Shown: one piece after another, positions 19,991 to 28,598 of the stretch
Layout: each line of letters begins with the position of its first letter
How positions within the stretch are numbered: the stretch's first letter is position 1
From: SAR86 cluster bacterium
GTDB lineage: Bacteria; Pseudomonadota; Gammaproteobacteria; Magnimaribacterales; TMED112
Length of the DNA: 64,000 nucleotides
Direction of reading: 5' to 3'
NCBI GenBank assembly: GCA_023703535.1
Contig: CP097967.1
Span: 28,543-92,542 of the forward strand
Translations under genes and position numbers: made by a program
The notes under the pieces: model-generated
Told to the model about the DNA's origin: nothing
The model's database searches: none
The model's input: only the letters and a program-made list of their open reading frames with translations

Positions 19991-20002
19991 TATAATAAGA
20001 AT

Positions 20003-21328
20003 ATGCCAAAGAAATTATACATCAAAACACATGGCTGTCAGATGAACGAGTACGATTCAGAAAAGATGGCAAAGATTCTTAAACATGAGGAAAATTTTGA
20101 GCTTACAAGTTCAGAACTTGATGCAGATCTTATTATTTTAAATACTTGCTCCATTCGTGAGAAAGCACAAGAGAGAGTATTTCATCAGATTGGTAGATGG
20201 AGAAAAATTAAAGAAAAAAAGCCAGGTCTTAAAATAGCAATTGGTGGATGTGTTGCATCACAAGAGGGTGAAAAAATTATGAAAAGAGCACCAGAGGTTG
20301 ATATTGTTTTTGGCCCTCAATCGCTCCATCGCTTACCAGAACTTTACAAAAAAAAACAAAAAGTCAAAAAAGCACAAATTGATATATCTTTTCCAAAACT
20401 AGAAAAATTTTCTCATATGCCTGCTCCTGATAAAGGAGAACCATCATCTTTTGTCTCAATAATGGAAGGATGTAATAAATATTGCTCTTTCTGTGTGGTG
20501 CCTATGACAAGAGGGCATGAAGTATCAAGAACTGTTGAAGATATTCTTAAAGAAGTAAAGATATTATCTGAAAAGGGAACAGCCGAAATTCATTATTTAG
20601 GTCAAAATGTGAATAACTTTAAAGGAACATATAAAGGTGAAATTTCATCTCTTTCACAGCTTATTGAATTAACTGGAAAAATTGATGGTATAGAGAGAAT
20701 TCGATTCACAACAAGCCATCCACATGAATTTAAAGATGACCTTGTTGAAGTTTATGCAAATGTTCCTGAATTGGTAAGTCATGTTCATCTTCCAATTCAA
20801 AGTGGCTCTGATCGAATCCTCAAGCTTATGAGAAGAAGATACGATACTAACAAGTACTTAAAATTAATAGAAAAAATTAAAAAAATAAGACCCGATATGA
20901 GTTTCTCTTCAGATTTTATTGTTGGCTTTCCTGGAGAAACTGAAGAAGATTTTCAGGCCACTATGGATATAGTTGAAAAAGTAAAATTTGATGCATCATA
21001 CAGTTTTATATACAGCCAAAGACCAAATACGCCTGCATCTCAAATGGAAGACGATGTCTCAGAAAAAGTTAAGAAAGATAGGCTAGATCTGTTGCAAGAT
21101 AGATTAAATCAAATAGCTTTTGGCTATAGTAGAAAGCTGGTGGGAACAATACAGAATTGTTTAGTTATGGGGTTATCTAAAAAAGATCCAGGTCAGCTTC
21201 AAGCAAGAACAATTTGCGACAGAGTAGTAAATTTTCAAGCAGATAACTATGATTTAGTTGGACAATTGGTTAATATTCAAATTAATGAAGCATTGCCTAA
21301 CTCACTTAGAGGCGTATTAAATAATTAA
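20003..21328 (+). CDS. miaB: tRNA-2-methylthio-N6-dimethylallyladenosine synthase
   Basis: MPKKLYIKTHGCQMNEYDS at the N-terminus and radical-SAM CNKYCSFC. The ORF-track start at 19913 overlaps the divergent gene and is rejected. Confidence 0.95.
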   Translation: MPKKLYIKTHGCQMNEYDSEKMAKILKHEENFELTSSELDADLIILNTCSIREKAQERVFHQIGRWRKIKEKKPGLKIAIGGCVASQEGEKIMKRAPEVDIVFGPQSLHRLPELYKKKQKVKKAQIDISFPKLEKFSHMPAPDKGEPSSFVSIMEGCNKYCSFCVVPMTRGHEVSRTVEDILKEVKILSEKGTAEIHYLGQNVNNFKGTYKGEISSLSQLIELTGKIDGIERIRFTTSHPHEFKDDLVEVYANVPELVSHVHLPIQSGSDRILKLMRRRYDTNKYLKLIEKIKKIRPDMSFSSDFIVGFPGETEEDFQATMDIVEKVKFDASYSFIYSQRPNTPASQMEDDVSEKVKKDRLDLLQDRLNQIAFGYSRKLVGTIQNCLVMGLSKKDPGQLQARTICDRVVNFQADNYDLVGQLVNIQINEALPNSLRGVLNN

Positions 21329-21332
21329 ATAC

Positions 21333-22280
21333 TTGTATAGTCAGCAACTAAATTTTTCAAACCTCACTCCAGACAGATTAATTCTGCTTTGCGGAGAATT
21401 TAATAAAAATCTTAAACAGATTGAGAAAGCTCTGCGTATTAAGGTTCTTCAAAATGGGACAGAATTTGAATTAAAAGGAAAAAAAGAAGATGTTGGCATA
21501 GGGGTTTCTGCATTATTTAGTCTCAAAGAAAAACTAGAAACTAATTCAATCATAACTCCAGATGTTGTCCATTTAAGTTTACATTCAGCAAAATTTGAAG
21601 ATAAAGAAAATGAAGAATCAAACTCATCAAAAATAAAAACTCCACGCACACTTGTATCACCAAGAGGAAAAAATCAAATTGCATATCTAGATAATATAAA
21701 AAATAGCGATTTAACTTTTGGGATTGGTCCGTCAGGTACAGGGAAAACTTTTTTGGCAGTTGCATGTGCAGTAGATGATTTAATTAAAGAAAAAATTAGA
21801 AAAATTGTTTTAGTTAGGCCAGCTGTTGAAGCTGGAGAAAAACTTGGCTTTCTACCAGGAGATTTATCATCAAAAATAGACCCATATCTCAGACCCTTAT
21901 ATGATGCCTTACATGACATGTTGGGAGCTGAAAGAGTAACCAGGTTAGTTGAAAGAGATGTCATAGAGATAGCCCCTCTTGCATATATGAGGGGCCGAAC
22001 ATTAAGAGAAGCTTTTATCATTATGGATGAAGGTCAGAATACAACTATAGAGCAAATGAAAATGTTTCTTACAAGGTTAGGTTTTGGATCTAAAGCTGTT
22101 GTTAATGGGGATTTAAGTCAAATTGACTTACCTAAAAATATTACATCTGGCCTTAAGCACTCAATTGAAGTTTTAAAGAATGTTGATTCAATAAAATTTA
22201 CTAAATTTGGTGCTAAGGATGTTGTAAGGCACTCTTTAGTTCAAGAAATTGTACAGGCTTATGATAATTTCGAAGAATAA
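21333..22280 (+). CDS. ybeZ: PhoH-like ATPase YbeZ
   Basis: GPSGTGKTFLAVACAV P-loop and DEGQNTT, in the miaB-ybeZ-ybeY-corC-lnt order. Confidence 0.92.
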   Translation: MYSQQLNFSNLTPDRLILLCGEFNKNLKQIEKALRIKVLQNGTEFELKGKKEDVGIGVSALFSLKEKLETNSIITPDVVHLSLHSAKFEDKENEESNSSKIKTPRTLVSPRGKNQIAYLDNIKNSDLTFGIGPSGTGKTFLAVACAVDDLIKEKIRKIVLVRPAVEAGEKLGFLPGDLSSKIDPYLRPLYDALHDMLGAERVTRLVERDVIEIAPLAYMRGRTLREAFIIMDEGQNTTIEQMKMFLTRLGFGSKAVVNGDLSQIDLPKNITSGLKHSIEVLKNVDSIKFTKFGAKDVVRHSLVQEIVQAYDNFEE

Positions 22281-22725
22281 TTTAAAATTCGAAATTTTCA
22301 ATTTACCAACAAAATTTAACAATAAAAAGAAAGCTATTACTCAAGCAATTGAATTATTCACTGCTTTTTTTGATATAAATAAATTAAATGTTGAATTAAG
22401 TTTTTGTTCTTTAGAGGATATTCAAAAAATTAACTATAAATTTAGGAAAATAAATAAACCAACAAATGTACTTTCTTTCCCAAGTGAGGAGTTAGATCAG
22501 ATAGATAAAAATTGTGAGGGAGAAATACTTATTTGTAATGATTTATTATTAGAAGAATCACTTGCCCAAAATAAAAATCATATAGATCATTTTTTACATC
22601 TACTGATACACTCACTTTTACATCTTAAGGGCTATGGGCATGATAATGAAAATGATGCTATATTAATGGAAGAAAAAGAAATTGAGTTTTTATCACAAAT
22701 TGGAATATCTAATCCCTATAAATAA
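22261..22725 (+). CDS. ybeY: endoribonuclease YbeY
   Basis: HSLLHLKGYGHDNE zinc-binding motif. I prefer the ATG at 22261 to the TTG at 22249. Confidence 0.9.
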   Translation: MIISKNNLKFEIFNLPTKFNNKKKAITQAIELFTAFFDINKLNVELSFCSLEDIQKINYKFRKINKPTNVLSFPSEELDQIDKNCEGEILICNDLLLEESLAQNKNHIDHFLHLLIHSLLHLKGYGHDNENDAILMEEKEIEFLSQIGISNPYK

Positions 22726-23522
22726 TGTCTGAAGAGCCCTCGCAGAAAAGTTTTTTATCTTTTTTTTCGAATTTGTTTTCTAAAGAAAAAAATAATTCTA
22801 ATAAAACAATAGAAACTCCGGATGATGAGCAGATTGAGGAGCTTATACAAAATGTATTAAAAATTAAAGATGCAATAGTTAGAGAAATTATGATTCCTAA
22901 AGTAAATATTTCTTATATAAATGAGGATAGTGATATGCAGGAAGTTTATAAAACTATACAAGATACAAGACACTCGAGATATCCCGTTTTTGATAAGACT
23001 TCAGAAAAAGCTGTTGGGATACTTCATGTAAAAGATTTAATAGATGAAGAAATAAATGATAAAAATTTTAAGATTAAAGACTTATTAAGAGAGGTCAAAT
23101 ATGTTCCTGAGACACAATCAGTTACATCTCTTCTTGAAGATTTTAAAAAAGATAGAGCTCATCTGGCTATGGTTTTAGATGAATACGGAATGTTGGCAGG
23201 ACTTATTACTATCGAAGATATTCTTGAAGAAATTGTTGGTGAAATTGAGGATGAGTTTTACGAAGAAAAAACAGATGAGATTATCAAAATCAACCAGGAT
23301 GAGTTTATAGTCTCTGCAACATTAGATATAGAAAAATTTGAAGAATTTTTTGAAATTAACTTAAACTCTGAAGAGGTAGAATCTATTGGAGGATTTGCTT
23401 TGAAGAAATTTGGACATCTTCCAAAAGTGGGTGAAAGTTTCGAAGATTATGATCTTCGATTTACTGTAACATCTGCGGATCAACGAAAAATAAAAAAAAT
23501 AACAGTTCGAAAAATTGATTAA
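22725..23522 (+). CDS. corC: CBS-pair / CorC_HlyC domain protein (Mg/Co efflux-associated)
   Basis: Tandem CBS region plus the C-terminal transporter-associated domain; conserved synteny. Confidence 0.88.
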   Translation: MSEEPSQKSFLSFFSNLFSKEKNNSNKTIETPDDEQIEELIQNVLKIKDAIVREIMIPKVNISYINEDSDMQEVYKTIQDTRHSRYPVFDKTSEKAVGILHVKDLIDEEINDKNFKIKDLLREVKYVPETQSVTSLLEDFKKDRAHLAMVLDEYGMLAGLITIEDILEEIVGEIEDEFYEEKTDEIIKINQDEFIVSATLDIEKFEEFFEINLNSEEVESIGGFALKKFGHLPKVGESFEDYDLRFTVTSADQRKIKKITVRKID

Positions 23523-24771
23523 AGCATTTTTTCGAGGTCTAGTAATTGGTTTAATATTTTGGTCCATCTCAATAAATTGGATTTTTGATGCAATAAATTT
23601 TTATGGAGCAGGATATTTTTTAAGTTTTTGTATTACCTCTCTTTTAATTTTTTATCTTTCTCTTTATTTTGGCTTTTTTACTTTTTTAATAAAATTTTTT
23701 GAAGGAAATAAATTTTTTGTATTACTAGTACCCTCTTTAATATTCATTTTGGAATGGGTTCGTTCCTGGATGATATCAGGGTTTCCATGGTTAAATATTG
23801 GGATTTTTTCAGTTCCTATTAATTTCACAGGATATCTTCCTTTAATAGGTGTTTCTGGAACATCATTTATTTTTGGCCTAATAATTGTCTTAGCTTTAAA
23901 AATTAGTATTTTGAGAATTGGAAGTATATTTTTGTTATTACTAGTTGGTTTTTTAAGCCCTAATAAGAATTTATTTCTTGATGAAGACTCTAAACAATTA
24001 AAAATTGCAGTTGTTCAGCCAGTAGAAAATAACTACAAAATATTAAACAACCTTACTTTGCAGGCAAAAAACGATGGAGCTGAGGTAATAATATGGCCCG
24101 AGGCCGTAAGTAGTTATCAAAATTTTCAAGCAAGAACAGAATTTGCGGATATTGATATTATTGGTGGTTTCTTTGTTCAACAGGATGAAAAAATTTTTAC
24201 CTCAATTATCAATACTTCAACGAATGATAGATACGATAAAAGAAACTTAGTACCTTTTGGAGAGTTTCAGCCTTTTGATAATTTATTAAAAAACTTCAAT
24301 GAATTTTTTAATATTCCTAATTCATCACTGACAAGAGGGGAAAAAAAGCAAAAAAAAGTTTTAATTCAACAAATTCCCTTTTCTGGGTTAATTTGTTGGG
24401 AATTATCTTTTAATGATACTTTTGTTGATAGAACTAGGAATACAGGATTTATCATTCATATAAGTAATGACAGCTGGTATGGAAAAAATATGCCAGCCCA
24501 ACATTTACTTCATGCAAAAGCACGTGCAATAGAGTCTCAAAAATGGGTTGTTAGATCTACTACAGATGGCATTTCAGACATTATTTCACCTTATAATCAG
24601 AAAAAATTATCAGAAAACATTCCAAAAGGTATAAAGAGTTTTAAAACAGAAACTATCTCTACTAATATGAAAAATACAACATATCTAATTTTTGGAGATT
24701 ATCCATTACTAATCTTCTCATTTATTATTATCCTATTAGCTGTAATTGATAAAAAAAGAAATGAAAAATAA
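23515..24771 (+). CDS. lnt: apolipoprotein N-acyltransferase, N-terminally short (418 aa)
   Basis: GFPWLN, catalytic triad contexts VIIWPEAV, NLVPFGEF and LICWELSF, and a C-terminal TM. Confidence 0.88.
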   Translation: MIKAFFRGLVIGLIFWSISINWIFDAINFYGAGYFLSFCITSLLIFYLSLYFGFFTFLIKFFEGNKFFVLLVPSLIFILEWVRSWMISGFPWLNIGIFSVPINFTGYLPLIGVSGTSFIFGLIIVLALKISILRIGSIFLLLLVGFLSPNKNLFLDEDSKQLKIAVVQPVENNYKILNNLTLQAKNDGAEVIIWPEAVSSYQNFQARTEFADIDIIGGFFVQQDEKIFTSIINTSTNDRYDKRNLVPFGEFQPFDNLLKNFNEFFNIPNSSLTRGEKKQKKVLIQQIPFSGLICWELSFNDTFVDRTRNTGFIIHISNDSWYGKNMPAQHLLHAKARAIESQKWVVRSTTDGISDIISPYNQKKLSENIPKGIKSFKTETISTNMKNTTYLIFGDYPLLIFSFIIILLAVIDKKRNEK

Positions 24772-25291
24772 TATCCTACTTTTTTTAATCATGTCTTTCC
24801 TGATGAAATCAACAGAGATTGAAATTTCTATTTCCGAGCAAAAATTATTTTTGCTTGATAATAAATCTGTTATAAAAACCTATTTAATATCTTCTTCAAA
24901 GTACGGAGAGGGTTCAAAAGTTAACTCGTTTAAAACACCACTTGGTAAACATGTTATCAAAAGAAAAATAGGAAAGGACATGCCATTAGGAGCAAGATTT
25001 ATTGGAAGGAGCTTTTCAGGAGAAATTTATCCCATATATGATTCTGATCAGGTGCTTGTGGAAGATGATGTGGTTCAGTCAAGGATCCTTTGGCTTGATG
25101 GATTAGAGAATGGGATCAATAAAGGTGAGGGTGTAGATTCTTATAGCAGGTATATTTACATACATGGAACACCAGAAGAATGGCTGCTGGGAGAAAAAGC
25201 TTCAAAAGGCTGCATAAGAATGTCAAATAAAGATGTCATTGAGTTATTTAACCTCGTGGAAGAGGGAATACCAGTAACAATCAATAAATAG
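24761..25291 (+). CDS. L,D-transpeptidase (YkuD domain)
   Basis: IYIHGTPEE..SKGCIRM catalytic His/Cys motif. The ATG at 24761 gives the signal-like N-terminus MKNNILLFLIMSFLM. Confidence 0.85.
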   Translation: MKNNILLFLIMSFLMKSTEIEISISEQKLFLLDNKSVIKTYLISSSKYGEGSKVNSFKTPLGKHVIKRKIGKDMPLGARFIGRSFSGEIYPIYDSDQVLVEDDVVQSRILWLDGLENGINKGEGVDSYSRYIYIHGTPEEWLLGEKASKGCIRMSNKDVIELFNLVEEGIPVTINK

Positions 25292-25294
25292 CTA

Positions 25295-25310
25295 TTATTT
25301 TATAAAATAA
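25295..25310. repeat. perfect 16-bp AT palindrome
   Basis: TTATTTTATAAAATAA equals its own reverse complement; it lies 4 nt after the L,D-transpeptidase stop. Confidence 0.6.
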
Positions 25311-25333
25311 GCATCATTTATTTATAATAAATA

Positions 25334-25361
25334 TTGATATTACATAATAAATATGTATTAT
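25334..25361 (+). promoter_or_regulatory. sigma70-like promoter candidate
   Basis: TTGATA, 16 nt, TATTAT. It is bracketed by two copies of ATAATAAATAT (25324 and 25344) spaced 20 bp apart. Confidence 0.35.
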
Positions 25362-25367
25362 ATTAGT

Positions 25368-25431
25368 TAAGTCAGTCTCTCCTCTCCCCCAAAGGCTGAC
25401 AAACTCGGGGCTTCGGCCCCAAACTTTTTTT
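25368..25431 (+). ncRNA. candidate small RNA or cis-acting leader with a C/U-rich hairpin and intrinsic terminator
   Basis: Hairpin GTCAG(25371-75)/CTGAC(25396-400) encloses the loop TCTCTCCTCTCCCCCAAAGG. It is followed by GGGGC-TTCG-GCCCC (25407-25420) and a T7 run (25425-31). This is the only GC-rich patch in a 386-bp AT-rich gap. Confidence 0.4.
25407..25431 (+). terminator. intrinsic terminator (TTCG tetraloop hairpin plus T-run)
   Basis: GGGGCTTCGGCCCC followed by AAACTTTTTTT. Confidence 0.7.
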
Positions 25432-25434
25432 GAA

Positions 25435-25542
25435 ATGAAAGAATACATGAACAACTTATTCTCTTTTTGCAAAGAATATCCTGTTTGGGCTGCAGTATTT
25501 TTTTCATTTGGTTATTTAATTGGAGAGATCTACGTAGTCTAA
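25435..25542 (+). CDS. mini-ORF 1, 35-aa hydrophobic peptide
   Basis: My own translation: MKEYMNNLFSFCKEYPVWAAVFFSFGYLIGEIYVV. It shares the N-terminal Y-x-N-N-[LI] pattern with mini-ORF 2. Confidence 0.35.
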   Translation: MKEYMNNLFSFCKEYPVWAAVFFSFGYLIGEIYVV

Positions 25543-25543
25543 G

Positions 25544-25645
25544 ATGGAAAAGTATTTTAATAACATAATGAATAAGTTTTCAGACTCCATAGAGTTAGCT
25601 ACTCTATGTCTAATTTTTGTAGTTTTAATTGTAGGCATTTCTTAA
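25544..25645 (+). CDS. mini-ORF 2, 33-aa hydrophobic peptide
   Basis: My own translation: MEKYFNNIMNKFSDSIELATLCLIFVVLIVGIS. It starts 1 nt after the ORF 1 stop and has a C-terminal TM-like helix. Confidence 0.35.
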   Translation: MEKYFNNIMNKFSDSIELATLCLIFVVLIVGIS

Positions 25646-25677
25646 ATACTTCTGTATACTTTTTTTCGGTGTGAAAT

Positions 25678-26217
25678 ATGAAATTTAAAATTATAGGAAC
25701 AATTTTTTTATATCTTTTTTCAAACAGTGTCCTTTCTGCGTGCGAAGGTCTGCTGGATGAGAAAGTAAAAATTCTAAATGAAAAAAAATATCAAAATCTT
25801 TGTGAGTATTCTGGCAAAACTATTCTTGTAGTTAACACCGCAAGTAAATGTGGATTTACTTACCAATACGAAGAACTTGAGCAGTTACAAAGACGATTTT
25901 CAAAAGATGAATTCACTGTTTTAGGGTTTCCATCAAGGAATTTTCTTTATCAAGAATTTACCGATGAAGAAGAAGTTGCAGAGTTCTGTAAGTCGACCTT
26001 TGATATAACATTTCCTCTATTCTCAATCACTAATGTTAATGCAGTAAATACACATCCTTTCTTTGAAAAGCTTTTCAAAATTACACAGAAAAGACCTAGT
26101 TGGAATTTTCACAAGTATTTAATTACTAGCGAAGGAGAGGTAAAAAGTTTTTCTCATAGAATGAATCCTTCAGATCCACAAATAGTTGAAGCAATTCAAC
26201 AATCTATAGACTCGTAA
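25678..26217 (+). CDS. glutathione peroxidase (Cys-type)
   Basis: VVNTASKCGFT active site with a TGT Cys codon, LGFPSRNF, and WNFHKYL. Confidence 0.9.
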   Translation: MKFKIIGTIFLYLFSNSVLSACEGLLDEKVKILNEKKYQNLCEYSGKTILVVNTASKCGFTYQYEELEQLQRRFSKDEFTVLGFPSRNFLYQEFTDEEEVAEFCKSTFDITFPLFSITNVNAVNTHPFFEKLFKITQKRPSWNFHKYLITSEGEVKSFSHRMNPSDPQIVEAIQQSIDS

Positions 26218-26858
26218 TATGAATTTCTTCCTATCTTTATTGAGGTAGGCTTATTTTTTGCAAATATACCTACTTCTACAATTCCTGGAACAGATATTAG
26301 TTCCGCCTCCATTTTTTCTGGATCAGAAATTAACATCCCATGCATGTCTAGAATAATATTTCCACTATCAGATGAAACACTTCTCTTTGTTATCTTTTCA
26401 CTCATATTTCCTAAATTTCTTCTTACCGAATGTTCTGCAAATGGAATTACTTCTATTGGTAATGGAAAAGTGCCAAGAATTTCAACTTGTTTTGAATCAT
26501 CAACAATACATATAAATTTTTTTGAAGCTGCAGCGAGTATTTTTTCTTTGGTATGTGCACCTCCGCCGCCTTTAATAAGACAATAATTTTTATCTATCTC
26601 ATCCGCTCCATCAATGTAGTAATCTAATAAGAAGTTCTCTGGTGCTCCTTGTGAAACTTCAAATTGTAAATTTTCTAATAACTCTGTTGATTCATTTGAG
26701 CTTGAAAAAATAGTGTCTATTCTGTTTTTTAAATTTGGAAGAAATTCATTTATAAAAATAGTTGTTGTGGACCCTGTCCCTATACCTATATTTATCTTGT
26801 CATTTGAATCATTTATCTCATCAAATGCACCTTCAGCTGCAAAAAATTTCTTATTCAT
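26196..26858 (-). CDS. rpiA: ribose-5-phosphate isomerase A
   Basis: GIGTGSTT, IDGADEID and KGGGGAHTKEK. Confidence 0.93.
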   Translation of the reverse strand: MNKKFFAAEGAFDEINDSNDKINIGIGTGSTTTIFINEFLPNLKNRIDTIFSSSNESTELLENLQFEVSQGAPENFLLDYYIDGADEIDKNYCLIKGGGGAHTKEKILAAASKKFICIVDDSKQVEILGTFPLPIEVIPFAEHSVRRNLGNMSEKITKRSVSSDSGNIILDMHGMLISDPEKMEAELISVPGIVEVGIFAKNKPTSIKIGRNSYYESIDC

Positions 26859-27390
26859 AGATTTCTTTTTCAGTAAAAATTTTATCTAACTTAGCATCAT
26901 GCTTTTCTTGAAAGTCTAGATTTGTCTTTTGCATTTCAAAACCAACTCCCCATAAAACGGGTCTTTTTGTTTCACTCTTAATATTAACAAAAGTTTTGTC
27001 ATAGAACCCTTTACCTCTTCCTAACCTATAAAGCTTCTCATTGAAACCGACAAATGGAACTAAAATGATATCTAACTCAAATATATTTACTTCTGTTTTA
27101 GATTTTGGCTCTAATATTCCATATGTACCTACTGAAACTCCTTTTGATATATTTCCATAGCCTAGAACTTCACCTTTTATAAAAGGGACATAAACTTTTT
27201 TCTCTTTTGATATTACAAGTTTGGGTTCAAATTCAATAGGCATAAACAAGCCGATTTTCTTTGCCTTATGAAACAGTTCTTGCTTATTTAGAAGTTTTTG
27301 AATTAGATGTGTTTTTTCGATTATTTCTTGTTGCGAAATTGAAAGGAATTTATTTTTAATTTCTAATCTTATTCCATTTTTAACAGACAT
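26851..27390 (-). CDS. ygfA: 5-formyltetrahydrofolate cyclo-ligase
   Basis: GRGKGFYDKTF motif, immediately downstream of ssrS as in E. coli. I prefer the ATG at 27390 (MSVKNG..) because the ATG at 27399 lies inside the 6S closing stem. Confidence 0.85.
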   Translation of the reverse strand: MSVKNGIRLEIKNKFLSISQQEIIEKTHLIQKLLNKQELFHKAKKIGLFMPIEFEPKLVISKEKKVYVPFIKGEVLGYGNISKGVSVGTYGILEPKSKTEVNIFELDIILVPFVGFNEKLYRLGRGKGFYDKTFVNIKSETKRPVLWGVGFEMQKTNLDFQEKHDAKLDKIFTEKEIYE

Positions 27391-27552
27391 CTGAATCATT
27401 GTTTCCAGTCACCCTGAACCCTTAGGTCAGGTGGGTAGCTCTTCTTTATAGTAAGGCTTCCTCTAAAGTAACGCACAGCTATAAAAAATCTGCTTCCCTT
27501 AATTTACATTATCGGTTCTAGAGTAAATTCTGAAAACCGATGATTCAGACAA
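27388..27552 (-). ncRNA. ssrS: 6S RNA
   Basis: The minus-strand transcript contains GAAGCCUUA and CACCUGACCUAAGGGUUCAGGGU, matching E. coli 6S (GAAGCCUUA, CACCUUGAACCAAGGGUUCAAGGGU). The 5' GUCUGAAUCAUCGGUUUUCAG pairs with the 3' CUGGAAACAAUGAUUCAGA as the closing stem. zapA-ssrS-ygfA synteny is conserved. The ends are approximate (+/-5 nt). Confidence 0.85.
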
Positions 27553-27582
27553 TTAAATATTAAACATTTTTTGCAAATGTAT

Positions 27583-27870
27583 CTATTGGTTTATAAATAA
27601 TTTAATTTTGTTTGTTAAATCATCTAAAGCTCTTTCATTTATTTCACTATCAGATGAAAGATCTTCATTTTTAATTTCATATTCGATGGCAAATTTAAGA
27701 GCAATTTGTACTAATGCATGATCAAGTTTTTCTTCTGGTGCATTAATTTCCTCAAGAAGTTTTTCAATCTTTTTTTTCGCCTTTCCAAAGGCTATGAATT
27801 CGTCAGCTGGTATACTAAATGAAAAAGTTCTTTCGCCTAATTTAATGTCTACTCTTTGTTCGTCATTCAT
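27583..27870 (-). CDS. zapA: cell division protein ZapA
   Basis: 95 aa with VDIKLGERTFSFSIPADE at the N-terminus and a coiled-coil C-terminus, directly upstream of ssrS. Confidence 0.75.
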   Translation of the reverse strand: MNDEQRVDIKLGERTFSFSIPADEFIAFGKAKKKIEKLLEEINAPEEKLDHALVQIALKFAIEYEIKNEDLSSDSEINERALDDLTNKIKLFINQ

Positions 27871-28598
27871 CCTAAAGATTTTCCACCATCAACATTTATA
27901 TTTCTTCCGGTCATATAGGAATTTTTTGTCACTAAATAATCAACCATCATTACAATATCTTCTACCGACCCCATTCGCCTAAGAGGTACTTTTTTTAATA
28001 TCTCTTCCTTCTTTTCTTCATCTGGCTCATTTCCGACATCCCACAAAATAACACCTGGTGCTACTGAATTTACCAACACCTCAGGTGCTAATTCAGAGGC
28101 AAGTGATTTCGTCATATTCAATAACCCTGCTTTTGCTGCAGCATAGGTGGCATACCTTGCTAAGCCTGATTCAGCATAAATATCTGTAATATTAACTATT
28201 GAGCCTGTATTTTTCTTCAACCTTTCTCCCAAAAATTTACATATGAACATTGGAGCTTTTAGGTTTGAGGATAAAAGTGCACTCCAGTCTTCTTCTTCAA
28301 TTTCAGATATTTCTTTCGGATAGAATGTTGAAGCATTATTTATTATTGCTTTTAAATTTGGTGAGATTTCTAATACTTTTTTGCATAAAACTTCTACTGA
28401 AGCACTATCATCAAGGTCTGCCTTTATAATTTCGAATGAATTTTCTCTCACCGAATTAAGTTTCTGCTTAAGCTCAATAGCTTCTTTTTCAGAATTCCTG
28501 TAGTGGATGATTACATTCCAATTATTATGATGAAAGTGCTCAGCAATAGCTTTACCTATTCTTTGGGCACCACCTGTAATAAAAATCCAATCACTCAT
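27867..28598 (-). CDS. folM: pteridine reductase / dihydromonapterin reductase-like SDR
   Basis: ITGGAQRIGKAIA, NNAS, YAAAKAGLLNMTKSLASELAPEVLVNSVAPGVIL; close to the E. coli FolM pattern. Confidence 0.6.
   Translation of the reverse strand: MSDWIFITGGAQRIGKAIAEHFHHNNWNVIIHYRNSEKEAIELKQKLNSVRENSFEIIKADLDDSASVEVLCKKVLEISPNLKAIINNASTFYPKEISEIEEEDWSALLSSNLKAPMFICKFLGERLKKNTGSIVNITDIYAESGLARYATYAAAKAGLLNMTKSLASELAPEVLVNSVAPGVILWDVGNEPDEEKKEEILKKVPLRRMGSVEDIVMMVDYLVTKNSYMTGRNINVDGGKSLG

Noticed and set aside
19913-20002. N-terminal extension of the miaB ORF (start at 19913).
   Set aside because: It overlaps the divergent 19667..19990 gene and translates to an implausible Phe/Asn-rich leader. The canonical MiaB N-terminus MPKKLYIKTHGCQMN starts at 20003.
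25678-26217. Possible selenocysteine recoding in the glutathione peroxidase.
   Set aside because: The active-site residue is encoded by TGT (Cys) within NTASKCGFT. There is no in-frame TGA.
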